A stretch of 64,000 bases of DNA, from contig JAUSEX010000045.1 of NCBI GenBank assembly GCA_030649895.1, forward strand, positions 17,875 to 81,874, given 5' to 3'. Both the position numbers and the translations under genes were made by a program. Position 1 is the stretch's first letter. Every line of letters begins with the position of its first letter. The stretch comes from Candidatus Omnitrophota bacterium. Its GTDB lineage: Bacteria > Omnitrophota > Gorgyraeia > Gorgyraeales > Gorgyraeaceae. This document shows, in pieces, positions 30,287 through 39,026 of the stretch. Below the pieces are notes generated by a model. It did not search any database. It saw only the letters and a program-made list of their open reading frames with translations, and had not been told where the DNA came from.

Positions 30287-31777
30287 CTATTTTTCAATCC
30301 TAAAATTCTCTATATGCATCTCGGGCTCGGCTATTATAACTATCCTTGTTTTATAAAACGCCTCCATTTTGGCTATTGCCGGCCTGTCTTCGTTAAGCAT
30401 ATAATTTGCAACCTCGGGATGCACATATGAACGAACCTCTTTCAGCCTCGCTTTTTCTATCTGTTTTTTTATCGACCTTAAGACCTCTATCGCCATTGTA
30501 GCGGCTGATTTGACAGAGCCCCTGCCGCGACAATAAGGGCAGTCTTTATAAGAAACCTTTTTAACGCCTTTTCGTATCCTCTGCCTTGTTATCTGCACAA
30601 TGCCGAATTCAGACATCTTAAGCATATTGATCTTTGCCCTGTCTTTTTTGAATATATTTACAAGTATGTCAAATATATCCCGGTTGTGCTTTTCCCTTAC
30701 CATATCTATAAAATCAATTATAACTATGCCGCCTATATCCCTGAGCCGTATCTGCCTGGCAATCTCTATAGCCGCCTCACTGTTGACCTTGAAAGCAGTC
30801 TCTTCCATCTGCTTCTTGTTGAAGCTCCCGCTGTTCACGTCTATGGCGATAAGCCCTTCGGTCTCTTCAATAAAAACATAACCTCCGCATTTTAGCTCTA
30901 TCTTTTTATTATAAAGCTTTTCAACCTCTTTCTCTATGCCGCGGGAATCAAAAAGCGCGGTCTTTTCCTGATAGAACATCAGTTTTCTTTTCATGCTGGG
31001 CATCATATTATTCGCAAAATGCATCAGCTTTTTATACTCATCCCTGTTGTCCACCAGGACCCTGGCGATATCCTCCGTAAATATATCCCTTAGTATCCTG
31101 AACGTTAAAGAATATTCTTCGCTCACTAGATTCGGGGCTTTTACTTTAGTGGAGCGGTTTTTTATGTTCCGCCACAGCGCAGACAAATATCTTATCTCGC
31201 GCCTGAAATCAGCTTCGCTTTTACCCACTCCCGCGGTCCTTACGATAAGCCCCATATCAAAATTCGGCATTATCTTCTTTAAGATCTGACGCAGCCTTTC
31301 TCTCTCGGCATGATCAGTAACCTTTTTAGAAATCCCCATGTGATGGTCGAAAGGCATCAGGACCACGAACCTTCCCGGCAAACCAACATGAGTCGTAAGC
31401 CTCGGGCCTTTATTCCCTATCGGCTCTTTTACAACCTGCACCAGGACCTCCTGGCCTTTCTTGACCAGCTTATCTATATCCGAAGGCTTGGGCCTTGGCG
31501 TATGCCGCTGGTGATGGGCGCTGGTTTCCAGGAGATCAAATTCCCGGGCAGGCGACATCATGTCGGTTACATATAAAAATCCATTTTTCCCAAACCCAAT
31601 ATCCACAAACGCGGCGCCTATGCCTGACATAACGGAATTCACCGTGCCCTTATAGATATTACCCACCAGGCTTACTTCCGAAGGCCTTTCTACATGATAT
31701 TCCTCGAGAGCATTGCCTTCGATTACGGCAACCCTTTTTTCCTGGGGCTCTACATTTATTAAAATCTCTTTTTGCAT
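30287..31777 (-). CDS. rng: Ribonuclease E/G family
   Basis: S1 domain (VGNIYKG..AAFVDIG), IDVNSG, RLRDIGG.V.IDFIDM, CPYC.GRG. Confidence 0.95.
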   Translation of the reverse strand: MQKEILINVEPQEKRVAVIEGNALEEYHVERPSEVSLVGNIYKGTVNSVMSGIGAAFVDIGFGKNGFLYVTDMMSPAREFDLLETSAHHQRHTPRPKPSDIDKLVKKGQEVLVQVVKEPIGNKGPRLTTHVGLPGRFVVLMPFDHHMGISKKVTDHAERERLRQILKKIMPNFDMGLIVRTAGVGKSEADFRREIRYLSALWRNIKNRSTKVKAPNLVSEEYSLTFRILRDIFTEDIARVLVDNRDEYKKLMHFANNMMPSMKRKLMFYQEKTALFDSRGIEKEVEKLYNKKIELKCGGYVFIEETEGLIAIDVNSGSFNKKQMEETAFKVNSEAAIEIARQIRLRDIGGIVIIDFIDMVREKHNRDIFDILVNIFKKDRAKINMLKMSEFGIVQITRQRIRKGVKKVSYKDCPYCRGRGSVKSAATMAIEVLRSIKKQIEKARLKEVRSYVHPEVANYMLNEDRPAIAKMEAFYKTRIVIIAEPEMHIENFRIEK

Positions 31778-32058
31778 TCCAACACCTTTATTCCTTCCGG
31801 TAATTTTTCATTCATTCTGTTTTTAAACACCTCCGGATCCATCCAGTTATCTATCGTAAATACCGCCCGCTCGCCTTCGCTTTCAACGCCGAGCTTCAGG
31901 GCATTTGAAAAGCCTATCTTGTAATGCGGGGTAAAGCCCTGACTCAGGGTTACCGGCAGGCCGGCTCTCCTTATAGTCCTCTGAAAAAGCCTTACGATAT
32001 CCAGGTGGGAGATATATTTCAACGCGCCCTTTTTGCAAAACATGACTTCTAATTTCAT
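31759..32058 (-). CDS. Radical SAM-linked protein (TIGR03936/DUF2344-like), short 99-aa form
   Basis: KKGALKYISHLD..RLFQR.IRRAGLP...SQGFTPH..I.FS.AL.LGVES.GE; start at ATG 32058. Confidence 0.85.
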   Translation of the reverse strand: MKLEVMFCKKGALKYISHLDIVRLFQRTIRRAGLPVTLSQGFTPHYKIGFSNALKLGVESEGERAVFTIDNWMDPEVFKNRMNEKLPEGIKVLECKKRF

Positions 32059-32124
32059 TTTATGCTGAAGTTGACACTTTTGACTGACACTTTTGACAAT
32101 GTTAGTTTTGTAAACTTTGTTTAA

Positions 32125-32223
32125 CTTCTCGACTCTGCTCCCTTGACTTACTCTCGTGACCGCTCGAAGAATAATAATGTTCGAGCGGACATTCTGGCTA
32201 TACATATAAGCCCAGTCGAGAAC
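32125..32223. repeat. Family A full long L+R element
   Basis: CTTCTCGACTCTGCTC...GTGACCGCTCGAAGAATA..ATGTTCGAGCGGACATTCTGG...GTCGAGAAC; ends in the pilQ TAG. Confidence 0.92.
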
Positions 32224-33656
32224 TACTTTGTAATAGCTGCTAACTCAGGTTTAATCAAATTGACTGTTACAAAAAATAAAAGATCTGTTTTCTCTTTTGT
32301 CTTTTCAGTTTTCCTAAAAGGTATGCCAAACAAAGGTATATCCCCTAATAACGGAATCTTAGTAATCTTATCTACTTCTTTTTCGCTGATAAGGCCTCCT
32401 ATTACTATAGTCTGGCCATCTCTCAGCATTAATTGAGTTTCTGCTTTCCTGACAGCATAAACAGGCACCTGGACCTGCGCTGTAAGCTGGTCATATCGAA
32501 GCAGCGAGCTCAGCTCAGGTTTCAAAGAGAGCGTTATGGTCCCTTCCGAATTTATCTGCGGAGTAACTTTCAGTAAAATACCTAACTCCTTTTCTGTATA
32601 ACCCGTTATCTCCATAGTCCCCGTAGATGTATTTCTTTCGTATTTCGGTATATTTAAAGTCTGGCCTACTGTGATAAGCGCCTCTTGATTATTTAGAACT
32701 ACGATCTTTGGATTTGAAATTATTTTAGTACCCCCCCTGGAAGAAAGAACTTCCAATACTGCCTGAAATTGCGAGAAATCCAGGGTCCCGAATGTAAAAT
32801 TACTGACAGCCGCATATGGAAAACTCGGCGTGCCAGCGGAAGCCGTAGAAAAATCCGCTACTGATTGAGTTACGATTGCATTACCCTGAGAATCATAGTT
32901 AATCGTATCTTGCGGCGGTTTCGGTATGGGTATGTATTTATACCCCGTGCTCGCGGTAAGATTGCTTTTAAACGGCGTTGTCACTGGAATTTTTGCGCCT
33001 GAGGCGACAATCTTCGTCTGCCACTCAATACCAAGCTTGTCGGAATTGCCAAGCGTGGTCTCTATTATCTTTGCCTCTATCATAACCTGCTTTGTCTGCG
33101 CGTCAAGTTTCAGCACCACTTCTCTTATTTTGTAAATATTAGTAGCTATATCCGTCACTATCAATAGATTTGTCCTTTCGTCAAATTTTACTTTACCGCG
33201 GCTGGAGAGCATCTCTCCTATTGCCTGTGGCACGTTTTTAGCATTCGCATAATTAAGCGAAAAGACCTCTGTGACAAGCTCTTCGTTTTCCAGGTTTGCG
33301 GTAGTAGCTACGCGTATAATATTCCCTTCCCTCTCGTATACATAGCCATACGTTCTCAATATAATATCCAGCGCCTTTTCCCACGGCACATCAGTAAGCC
33401 GTATAGTTACAAGGCCTGTCACATCCTTTCCTACTACAATATTCATGCCGCTTTTGTAAGAGAGTATCCTCAGGACATTATTTATATCTGCGTCTTTAAA
33501 ATCCATTGTCACGTTGCCCGGAGCTGTTTCTGCCTCCTGACTGGCTCCTGTCTTAACAGGTTCTACGGCCTGATCTTCAACTGCCCCGTCGTCCTGGCCA
33601 AAAGAAGCGCATGTAAAAACCAAAAATAAACTAATAAAGATTACCCATGTTTTCAT
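32223..33656 (-). CDS. pilQ: Type IV pilus secretin
   Basis: VTMDFKDADI..VL, DVPWEKALD, QVMIEAKI, secretin C-terminus (GGLI...KIPLLGDIP). Confidence 0.9.
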   Translation of the reverse strand: MKTWVIFISLFLVFTCASFGQDDGAVEDQAVEPVKTGASQEAETAPGNVTMDFKDADINNVLRILSYKSGMNIVVGKDVTGLVTIRLTDVPWEKALDIILRTYGYVYEREGNIIRVATTANLENEELVTEVFSLNYANAKNVPQAIGEMLSSRGKVKFDERTNLLIVTDIATNIYKIREVVLKLDAQTKQVMIEAKIIETTLGNSDKLGIEWQTKIVASGAKIPVTTPFKSNLTASTGYKYIPIPKPPQDTINYDSQGNAIVTQSVADFSTASAGTPSFPYAAVSNFTFGTLDFSQFQAVLEVLSSRGGTKIISNPKIVVLNNQEALITVGQTLNIPKYERNTSTGTMEITGYTEKELGILLKVTPQINSEGTITLSLKPELSSLLRYDQLTAQVQVPVYAVRKAETQLMLRDGQTIVIGGLISEKEVDKITKIPLLGDIPLFGIPFRKTEKTKEKTDLLFFVTVNLIKPELAAITK

Positions 33657-33676
33657 CTTATTCCTCCGTTAATTAT

Positions 33677-33741
33677 TTCCGGTTCGCCTTGTTCGCTCGA
33701 AGCCCTTCCGGGTCCGACATTGTTCGGGCGCAGTCAAGAAC
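33677..33741. repeat. Degenerate family A element
   Basis: ...CGCTCGAAG...ATTGTTCGGGCGCAGTCAAGAAC; ends in the TAG of the upstream gene. Confidence 0.65.
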
Positions 33742-34124
33742 TATTCTTTATTAAGCTCTACTTTCACGCTTTCTCCGTTTACGTCAAAAATAACGCTATC
33801 CTTGTTTATCTTAAGAATCTTTATAGAACCCATAACATCCCCTTCTTTTGCTATTTCTCCGTTTATGATCGCTATGGATCCTTTGATATCGTCCCACACT
33901 ATGCCTTCCAGCCTTATATCCTCCGCTGCGCTTGCTTCGTATGCGTCAGATGCGTATCCGCCTGATTCTGAAATAAGAGGGGCAAACGGATCCCGCCTGC
34001 CTTTCGGATTGTACTTAAACGCGTCTTCTTCTGCGAACGCAGGCCTAAAATCGCAAACCGCCAAAACTAACAGAACTAATAATATCAATCTCCTGTAGAA
34101 ATATATAGAATTAATAAAGGACAT
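33741..34124 (-). CDS. PilP-like pilus assembly protein
   Basis: YNPKGRRDPF.PL, LEGIVW...AIING; located between pilO and pilQ. Confidence 0.7.
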   Translation of the reverse strand: MSFINSIYFYRRLILLVLLVLAVCDFRPAFAEEDAFKYNPKGRRDPFAPLISESGGYASDAYEASAAEDIRLEGIVWDDIKGSIAIINGEIAKEGDVMGSIKILKINKDSVIFDVNGESVKVELNKE

Positions 34125-34671
34125 ACGTGATTATCCTCATCTTTATATCATGATGGCGAGGGTCCTTAGCGAGCCCTGCCACATCCAGGCCTGTAATCCT
34201 TATAAATCTGTCCATGGTCTCTAATTTATTTATAAACGCTCCGAGCTGATGATAACCTGCCCTGGCCTCTATTAAAATCTGCAATTCGGCGTAAGAATTA
34301 TTCACGACCTTTTGCTTGGAAAGCAGGGTAGGCTCTTCCAGCGGCTTTATCCTAAGTATGCTAACCCCCGAAGACTCTGCGATATTTGAAAAATCCTCAA
34401 GAAGGCTTGAAATCTGGTCATGAGCCGGTAATCTTTTTTCAAGATAATCCGCCTTTTTCTCAAAATTCTCATGCTGGCTCATGACCGCGGCCTCATTGGC
34501 TATCAGCGCCTCTCCGCTCTTCACCTTTTCCTTAATCATTTTAAACTCTTTATTCCTTGCGATAAACTTTGAGAATTGCGGCCTTAAGAGAAGGTTATAA
34601 TAAAGCATAAGCCCAGCAATGCCAAATATCGCGACCAGTATATATATTTTTTGTTTTTCTTTAATATCCAT
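34111..34671 (-). CDS. pilO: Type IV pilus assembly protein PilO
   Basis: TM plus coiled coil, LP...ISSLL, YHQLGAFINKLE. Confidence 0.85.
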   Translation of the reverse strand: MDIKEKQKIYILVAIFGIAGLMLYYNLLLRPQFSKFIARNKEFKMIKEKVKSGEALIANEAAVMSQHENFEKKADYLEKRLPAHDQISSLLEDFSNIAESSGVSILRIKPLEEPTLLSKQKVVNNSYAELQILIEARAGYHQLGAFINKLETMDRFIRITGLDVAGLAKDPRHHDIKMRIITYVLY

Positions 34672-34680
34672 ACTTATGTC

Positions 34681-34754
34681 CTTCTTAATTTCACTAGAAG
34701 AATATTCAGTATTATTCGAGCGAGTCCCGGCATATGCCGGAACGAGTCGAGAAC
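34681..34754. repeat. Family A element between pilN and pilO
   Basis: TATTATTCGAGCGAGTCCCGGC...GAGTCGAGAAC; ends in the pilN TAG. Confidence 0.82.
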
Positions 34755-35335
34755 TACTGGAAATAAAGGGCTATCTTGAACTCGACTATATCCCTTTCTT
34801 CTTTATTTCTTCTCTGCACGGATTCGAGTTTTATATTGCTGAAATCCTTAAAAAACACCTGGTCGTCTTTCAGATTTTTCATAAACTTTCCTACAAACGC
34901 CATAGCCTCTTCGCTCTTAGATACAACGCTGCCTTCTATTATCAGCCTATTTTCATTATCCGTATAAATATGCGTGAACCATATCCCTGGCAAGATCAGG
35001 TCCGAGAGCTGGTTTAACTTTTCAGTCCACAAAAATTTTCTTTTTGTAAGCTGATCCAGGGCTGTCATCTTGGATTTCAGCACAGCTATCTCTTTGTTCA
35101 CGGAATCTATATGGGAAATTTTTCCGGAAAAATTATTTTCTCTGGCCAATAACTTTTTTATTTGAGCGTCCATAATAAAAGACCCCAACGAAAGCGCTAT
35201 GATAATAAATATCAGAATTCCTATTGCGCCTCCGACTATAAGAAACTTGAGCTTTTCAGCTTCAATATTAAGATTAAAAGAAAGCTCTGTTTTTTTCTTC
35301 CTAAGCCCTTCAGGTAAAAGGTTAATTTCTATCAT
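34754..35335 (-). CDS. pilN: Type IV pilus assembly protein PilN
   Basis: MIEINLLP motif, TM, LPGIWFT. Confidence 0.9.
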   Translation of the reverse strand: MIEINLLPEGLRKKKTELSFNLNIEAEKLKFLIVGGAIGILIFIIIALSLGSFIMDAQIKKLLARENNFSGKISHIDSVNKEIAVLKSKMTALDQLTKRKFLWTEKLNQLSDLILPGIWFTHIYTDNENRLIIEGSVVSKSEEAMAFVGKFMKNLKDDQVFFKDFSNIKLESVQRRNKEERDIVEFKIALYFQ

Positions 35336-35344
35336 AATTAATCT

Positions 35345-35363
35345 TCCCGTTCGTCGATCGGGA
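35345..35363. repeat. Palindromic family D (TCCCG(A/T)TCG(A/T)CGA(A/T)CGGGA)
   Basis: Copies at 40674-40693 and a doublet at 46678-46723. Confidence 0.75.
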
Positions 35364-35371
35364 CAGGTATT

Positions 35372-36355
35372 TTATTTCCTCAGCGCCAGGCCCATTGCCG
35401 CTGCGAACTGGCCAGGAAAATCTTTAAACTCTTTACAGCAAGATCCGTCAGAAATCTGAATTCCCTCGGATGGATCCCATAAAACAACCTCTATCCCAAG
35501 ATTCTCTTTTAAAAAATCCAGCATATTAAAAAGATAAGCCCCGCCGCCGCTCATGTAAAGCCTTTCTATGCTTTTGCCAAATTGCGTTTCAAAGTAATCA
35601 AAAGACATGCGTACCTCTGTTATAAATTTTTCCAGCGCCGACATCACAACACCGGACATTTCTATCTTTCTATCTCCGGGATTGCGCTTTAGATTCTCCG
35701 CATCATCAAGATTCAAGCCTAGTGATTCTTTGATCCTGCTGGTAATATCCGAACCTCCCCACAACAGGTCCCTTGTAAAATAGGGGTACGCGCCTACGGC
35801 TATGTTCATATTGGAAAATCTGGCGCCGATGTTTATCATTGCGTAAACATTTTCTTGCTTGGCCTGAAGTCCGACCCTTTGAAACGCATTTAATATCGCC
35901 ACGGTATCCACGTCTATATTGGCTATATCGAGCCCTGCATCTTTAAAAATCTCCATATAGCTATTCACCTTGTCCTTCTTGGCAGCCACAAGCAACACCC
36001 TGTTCGCATTACCCGAAGGGCCTTTATCCAGAATAGCGCAATCCAGTATTGCCTCATTGATGTCAAACGGTATATATTTGCCGCCTTCAAATTTTATAGC
36101 GCTCTTAAGCTCTTCTCTTTTCATAGGCGGCATTTCAATATAACGCACAATGACCGACGGTCCTGACAGAGAAATGTTTGCTCGTTTCGAGGATAGTTTT
36201 GAAAAAGCCAATAAATCCTTCAGGCTGGTTTTGACATCCTCGCCCGAAATAGCATTAATAGCGCATCTTGAAAGTTCCAGCTTGCCCCTTTTTTCCTGAA
36301 GCTCTATCAGCTTTATGCTGCTAGAGCCTATGTCAATTCCGGCCGGCCTTATCAT
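35372..36355 (-). CDS. pilM: Type IV pilus assembly protein PilM
   Basis: GIDIGSSSIK, YIPFDI, NIGA, SGGGA, A.AMGLALR. Confidence 0.93.
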   Translation of the reverse strand: MIRPAGIDIGSSSIKLIELQEKRGKLELSRCAINAISGEDVKTSLKDLLAFSKLSSKRANISLSGPSVIVRYIEMPPMKREELKSAIKFEGGKYIPFDINEAILDCAILDKGPSGNANRVLLVAAKKDKVNSYMEIFKDAGLDIANIDVDTVAILNAFQRVGLQAKQENVYAMINIGARFSNMNIAVGAYPYFTRDLLWGGSDITSRIKESLGLNLDDAENLKRNPGDRKIEMSGVVMSALEKFITEVRMSFDYFETQFGKSIERLYMSGGGAYLFNMLDFLKENLGIEVVLWDPSEGIQISDGSCCKEFKDFPGQFAAAMGLALRK

Positions 36356-36407
36356 TATTATTTAGCACCTATATTAATTATTTATATAAGCTATATCATC
36401 TAATAAA

Positions 36408-36498
36408 AATACTGTTCTAGCGGACATTGTGACTATGCACGTGAGCCCGGTCTAGAGCTTCTCGACTCACTCGCTTCGCTAGTTCGCTCGAAAAATAT
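36408..36498. repeat. Family A long R unit followed by L unit
   Basis: TACTGTTCTAGCGGACATTGTG...; CTTCTCGAC...CGCTCGAAAAATA. Confidence 0.82.
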
Positions 36499-36516
36499 AG
36501 CTGCAATTTTATCGAA

Positions 36517-36960
36517 TTATTCCACCACAGGATCAGCTGCGCTTGCCTGTCCGCTGCTGTTTGCCCTGATGATCCCTGACTCATCCGCAAAAAAATGCCT
36601 AGTCCCAGTTTTACCGAAAAAAGTCGGATCGGCATTCAATATAAAGCTTTCCGTATCTATCAATACGTATGTAAAACTATAACCCTGTTTTGTCCCGCTT
36701 GCAAGAACGCTGTCAATATACGCAGGATTCGAGACCGGGGCTATAAGATCCGACAGGCCTGAAGGATAAGTATGCGGAAGGGTATTTGCGTAAAAATTCT
36801 GGCACGCGGTAACAATAGTCTTAAACGCGACTATAGCGGCTAATTCATTTGCGTTATGCCTTGCGCGCAATACATTCGAAACAACAAGCGTTGCAAGGGT
36901 CATAACTATCGCAACCACTATCATTATCTCAACTAGCGTAAATCCTCTTTTTGAGTTCAT
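36517..36960 (-). CDS. Type IV pilin (paralog 2)
   Basis: KRG|FTLVEIMIVVAI prepilin motif; similar to the neighbouring pilin (ARHNANE, TG.R.FF.DESG.IR). Confidence 0.92.
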   Translation of the reverse strand: MNSKRGFTLVEIMIVVAIVMTLATLVVSNVLRARHNANELAAIVAFKTIVTACQNFYANTLPHTYPSGLSDLIAPVSNPAYIDSVLASGTKQGYSFTYVLIDTESFILNADPTFFGKTGTRHFFADESGIIRANSSGQASAADPVVE

Positions 36961-37065
36961 TTATAATAAATTATACGATTTTGACTCAAAAGTCAAGCAA
37001 AAATGCCAGCTGGTATTTATTTTTGCTTTATTCCACAAAGGCCTTTTGCGAGATCTCCGATTGAC

Positions 37066-37099
37066 AAAAAAAGTGCCACGCGTATGCGTGGCACTTTTT
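37066..37099. terminator. Bidirectional intrinsic terminator after the major pilin
   Basis: AAAAAAAGTGCCACGC-loop-GCGTGGCACTTTTT. Confidence 0.85.
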
Positions 37100-37123
37100 A
37101 TTAATATAATATTAAACAATTGC

Positions 37124-37573
37124 TTATTCTATCGGCGCTCCCGATACGTTAGTAAGCCTTATTACGCCACTCTCATCCACGAAGAAAACACGCGTACCTG
37201 TTGTACCGCTTACCGCAGGGCTTGCCGTGCAAGTAAACTGATTGGCGTTTACAAGCGCATATGTATAAAAATAACCCTGCTTTGCAGTTCCTGCTGCTGT
37301 AGCGCCCGCTAATCCACCGTCAATATACGCTGGCGTTGCCGAGCCCAAAGCTGCAAGGTTTGCCGGATAAGTCGTAGGTGTCTGAGCCGAACGGAAACTC
37401 TCGCAAGCCGTGCTGACTGTTCTCAAGGCCGCTATTGCCGCCGCCTCATTTGCGTTATGCCTTGCCCTCAATAAGTTCGGTATTGCTATTGCTGCTAATA
37501 GAGATATGATTGCGACGACTATCATTATTTCTACAAGCGTAAAACCACGTCCACTTCTTAATTTTAACAACAT
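37124..37573 (-). CDS. Type IV major pilin candidate
   Basis: GRG|FTLVEIMIVVAIISLLAAIAIPN; strong RBS (GGAGG), own promoter-like region and terminator. Confidence 0.93.
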   Translation of the reverse strand: MLLKLRSGRGFTLVEIMIVVAIISLLAAIAIPNLLRARHNANEAAAIAALRTVSTACESFRSAQTPTTYPANLAALGSATPAYIDGGLAGATAAGTAKQGYFYTYALVNANQFTCTASPAVSGTTGTRVFFVDESGVIRLTNVSGAPIE

Positions 37574-37693
37574 CTTTACTGCCTCCTTTCTTTAGCCTCC
37601 AATGGCTTAAAATTATAATGATGACTATAAAAAAGTATATCACACATGCCCTGTTTTGTCAAGGAACGCCTAGGTTTGGCGCGGGTTTAAGTT

Positions 37694-37737
37694 GCCCACC
37701 TACGGGGTGAGCCATATGGCTCACCCCGTAGGTGGGC
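37694..37737. repeat. Perfect 44-bp palindrome with GTAG motifs
   Basis: GCCCACCTACGGGGTGAGCCAT|ATGGCTCACCCCGTAGGTGGGC. Confidence 0.9.
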
Positions 37738-37757
37738 TTAGGTGGGCAAGCAAGGGT

Positions 37758-38960
37758 TTAATGGGCTATGATTTCAGTAAGTTTGAAAACCGGCAGAAAC
37801 ATGGCAATAACTATGCCACCTATGACTATGCCCAGAAAGCCTATTATCAAAGGCTCTATAAGGCTGGTGAGGCCGCTTACGGCAGCATCTACCTGGTCTT
37901 CGTAAAAATCAGCTATCTTGGTAAGCATCTTTTCAAGCTTGCCTGTCTGCTCCCCTACCTTGATCATCCTGACAACCATCGGAGGAAAAGCCCCGCTCTT
38001 AGCCAACGGGTCAGCTATGTTTTCCCCCTCTTTTATTCCGGTGCGCACAGACTCCACTGCTTTTTCTATTACAGTGTTGCCTGCGGTTTTCCCGACTATT
38101 TCCAGCGAAACAAGTATAGGCACCCCGCTTTTGACAAGCGTGGCAAGCGTCCTTGTAAATTTTGCGACGGCGACCTTTCTGAAAAGAGGCCCAAGAATCG
38201 GCATATATAAAAGCATCTTGTCGAAATTTTCTCTTCCCTGCCTGGTCTTCATATATTTTTTTAACGCGAACACGGCTATCGCTACCCCTGATACCACATA
38301 TATAAACATTCCTCTTATAGTATCGCTTACAAAAATCAACACCCTCGTGGGAAACGGCAATTGTCCTCCCAGCATTGCAAATATCCCCTTAAAAGTCGGG
38401 ATGACTTTTAAAAGCATGACAAGCGTTATAAGCATTGCCATTGTTATTACAACAGTCGGATATACAAGGCTGGATTTCACTTTTCTCTGCAACATGCTTG
38501 CTTTTTCAAGATATGCGGCAAGCCTGTCAAGGATATCATCCAGCGCTCCGCTTGATTCTCCTGCCCTTACCATATTCACATAAAGCGTTGAAAATACCGC
38601 GGGGTGCCTTGCGAACGCATCAGAAAGGCTGGAACCTGTTTCTATATCGTCTTTTATTTTTGCAAGTATCGCTCTAAAGGCGGGCTTTTCTATCTGTTCG
38701 CATAAAATATCCAGGGCCTGGACCAGCGGTATGCCGCTGTCAACCATAGTCGCGAGCTGCCTGGAAAATATGACTATTTCTTCCAGCTTTACGCTGCCGC
38801 CCGGAGACGCCGGCCTTCTTTTCGCAACCTCTTCTATGGAAATTATTATAAGGTCTTTTTTGCGCAAGGCTTCTATCAGAAGCGCCTTGTCCGAATATTC
38901 CATGACCCCGCTTATTGTTTTCCCGTTAATCTCTTTTGCGGTATATTTAAATGTGGGCAT
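37758..38960 (-). CDS. pilC: Type IV pilus inner membrane platform PilC
   Basis: FSRQLATMVDSGIPL, AGESSGALD, VGEQTGKLE, LIEP, AMFLP. Confidence 0.96.
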   Translation of the reverse strand: MPTFKYTAKEINGKTISGVMEYSDKALLIEALRKKDLIIISIEEVAKRRPASPGGSVKLEEIVIFSRQLATMVDSGIPLVQALDILCEQIEKPAFRAILAKIKDDIETGSSLSDAFARHPAVFSTLYVNMVRAGESSGALDDILDRLAAYLEKASMLQRKVKSSLVYPTVVITMAMLITLVMLLKVIPTFKGIFAMLGGQLPFPTRVLIFVSDTIRGMFIYVVSGVAIAVFALKKYMKTRQGRENFDKMLLYMPILGPLFRKVAVAKFTRTLATLVKSGVPILVSLEIVGKTAGNTVIEKAVESVRTGIKEGENIADPLAKSGAFPPMVVRMIKVGEQTGKLEKMLTKIADFYEDQVDAAVSGLTSLIEPLIIGFLGIVIGGIVIAMFLPVFKLTEIIAH

Positions 38961-38969
38961 AAATTCTAT

Positions 38970-39026
38970 CTTCTCGGTTCAGCTGTTTCGCGGCTTCGCT
39001 CAGAATAAATTCCGCGAGCCGAGAAC
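38970..39026. repeat. Family A-derived element
   Basis: CTTCTCGG...CTTCGCTCAGAATAAA...GCCGAGAAC; ends in the TAG of the upstream PilB gene. Confidence 0.72.
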
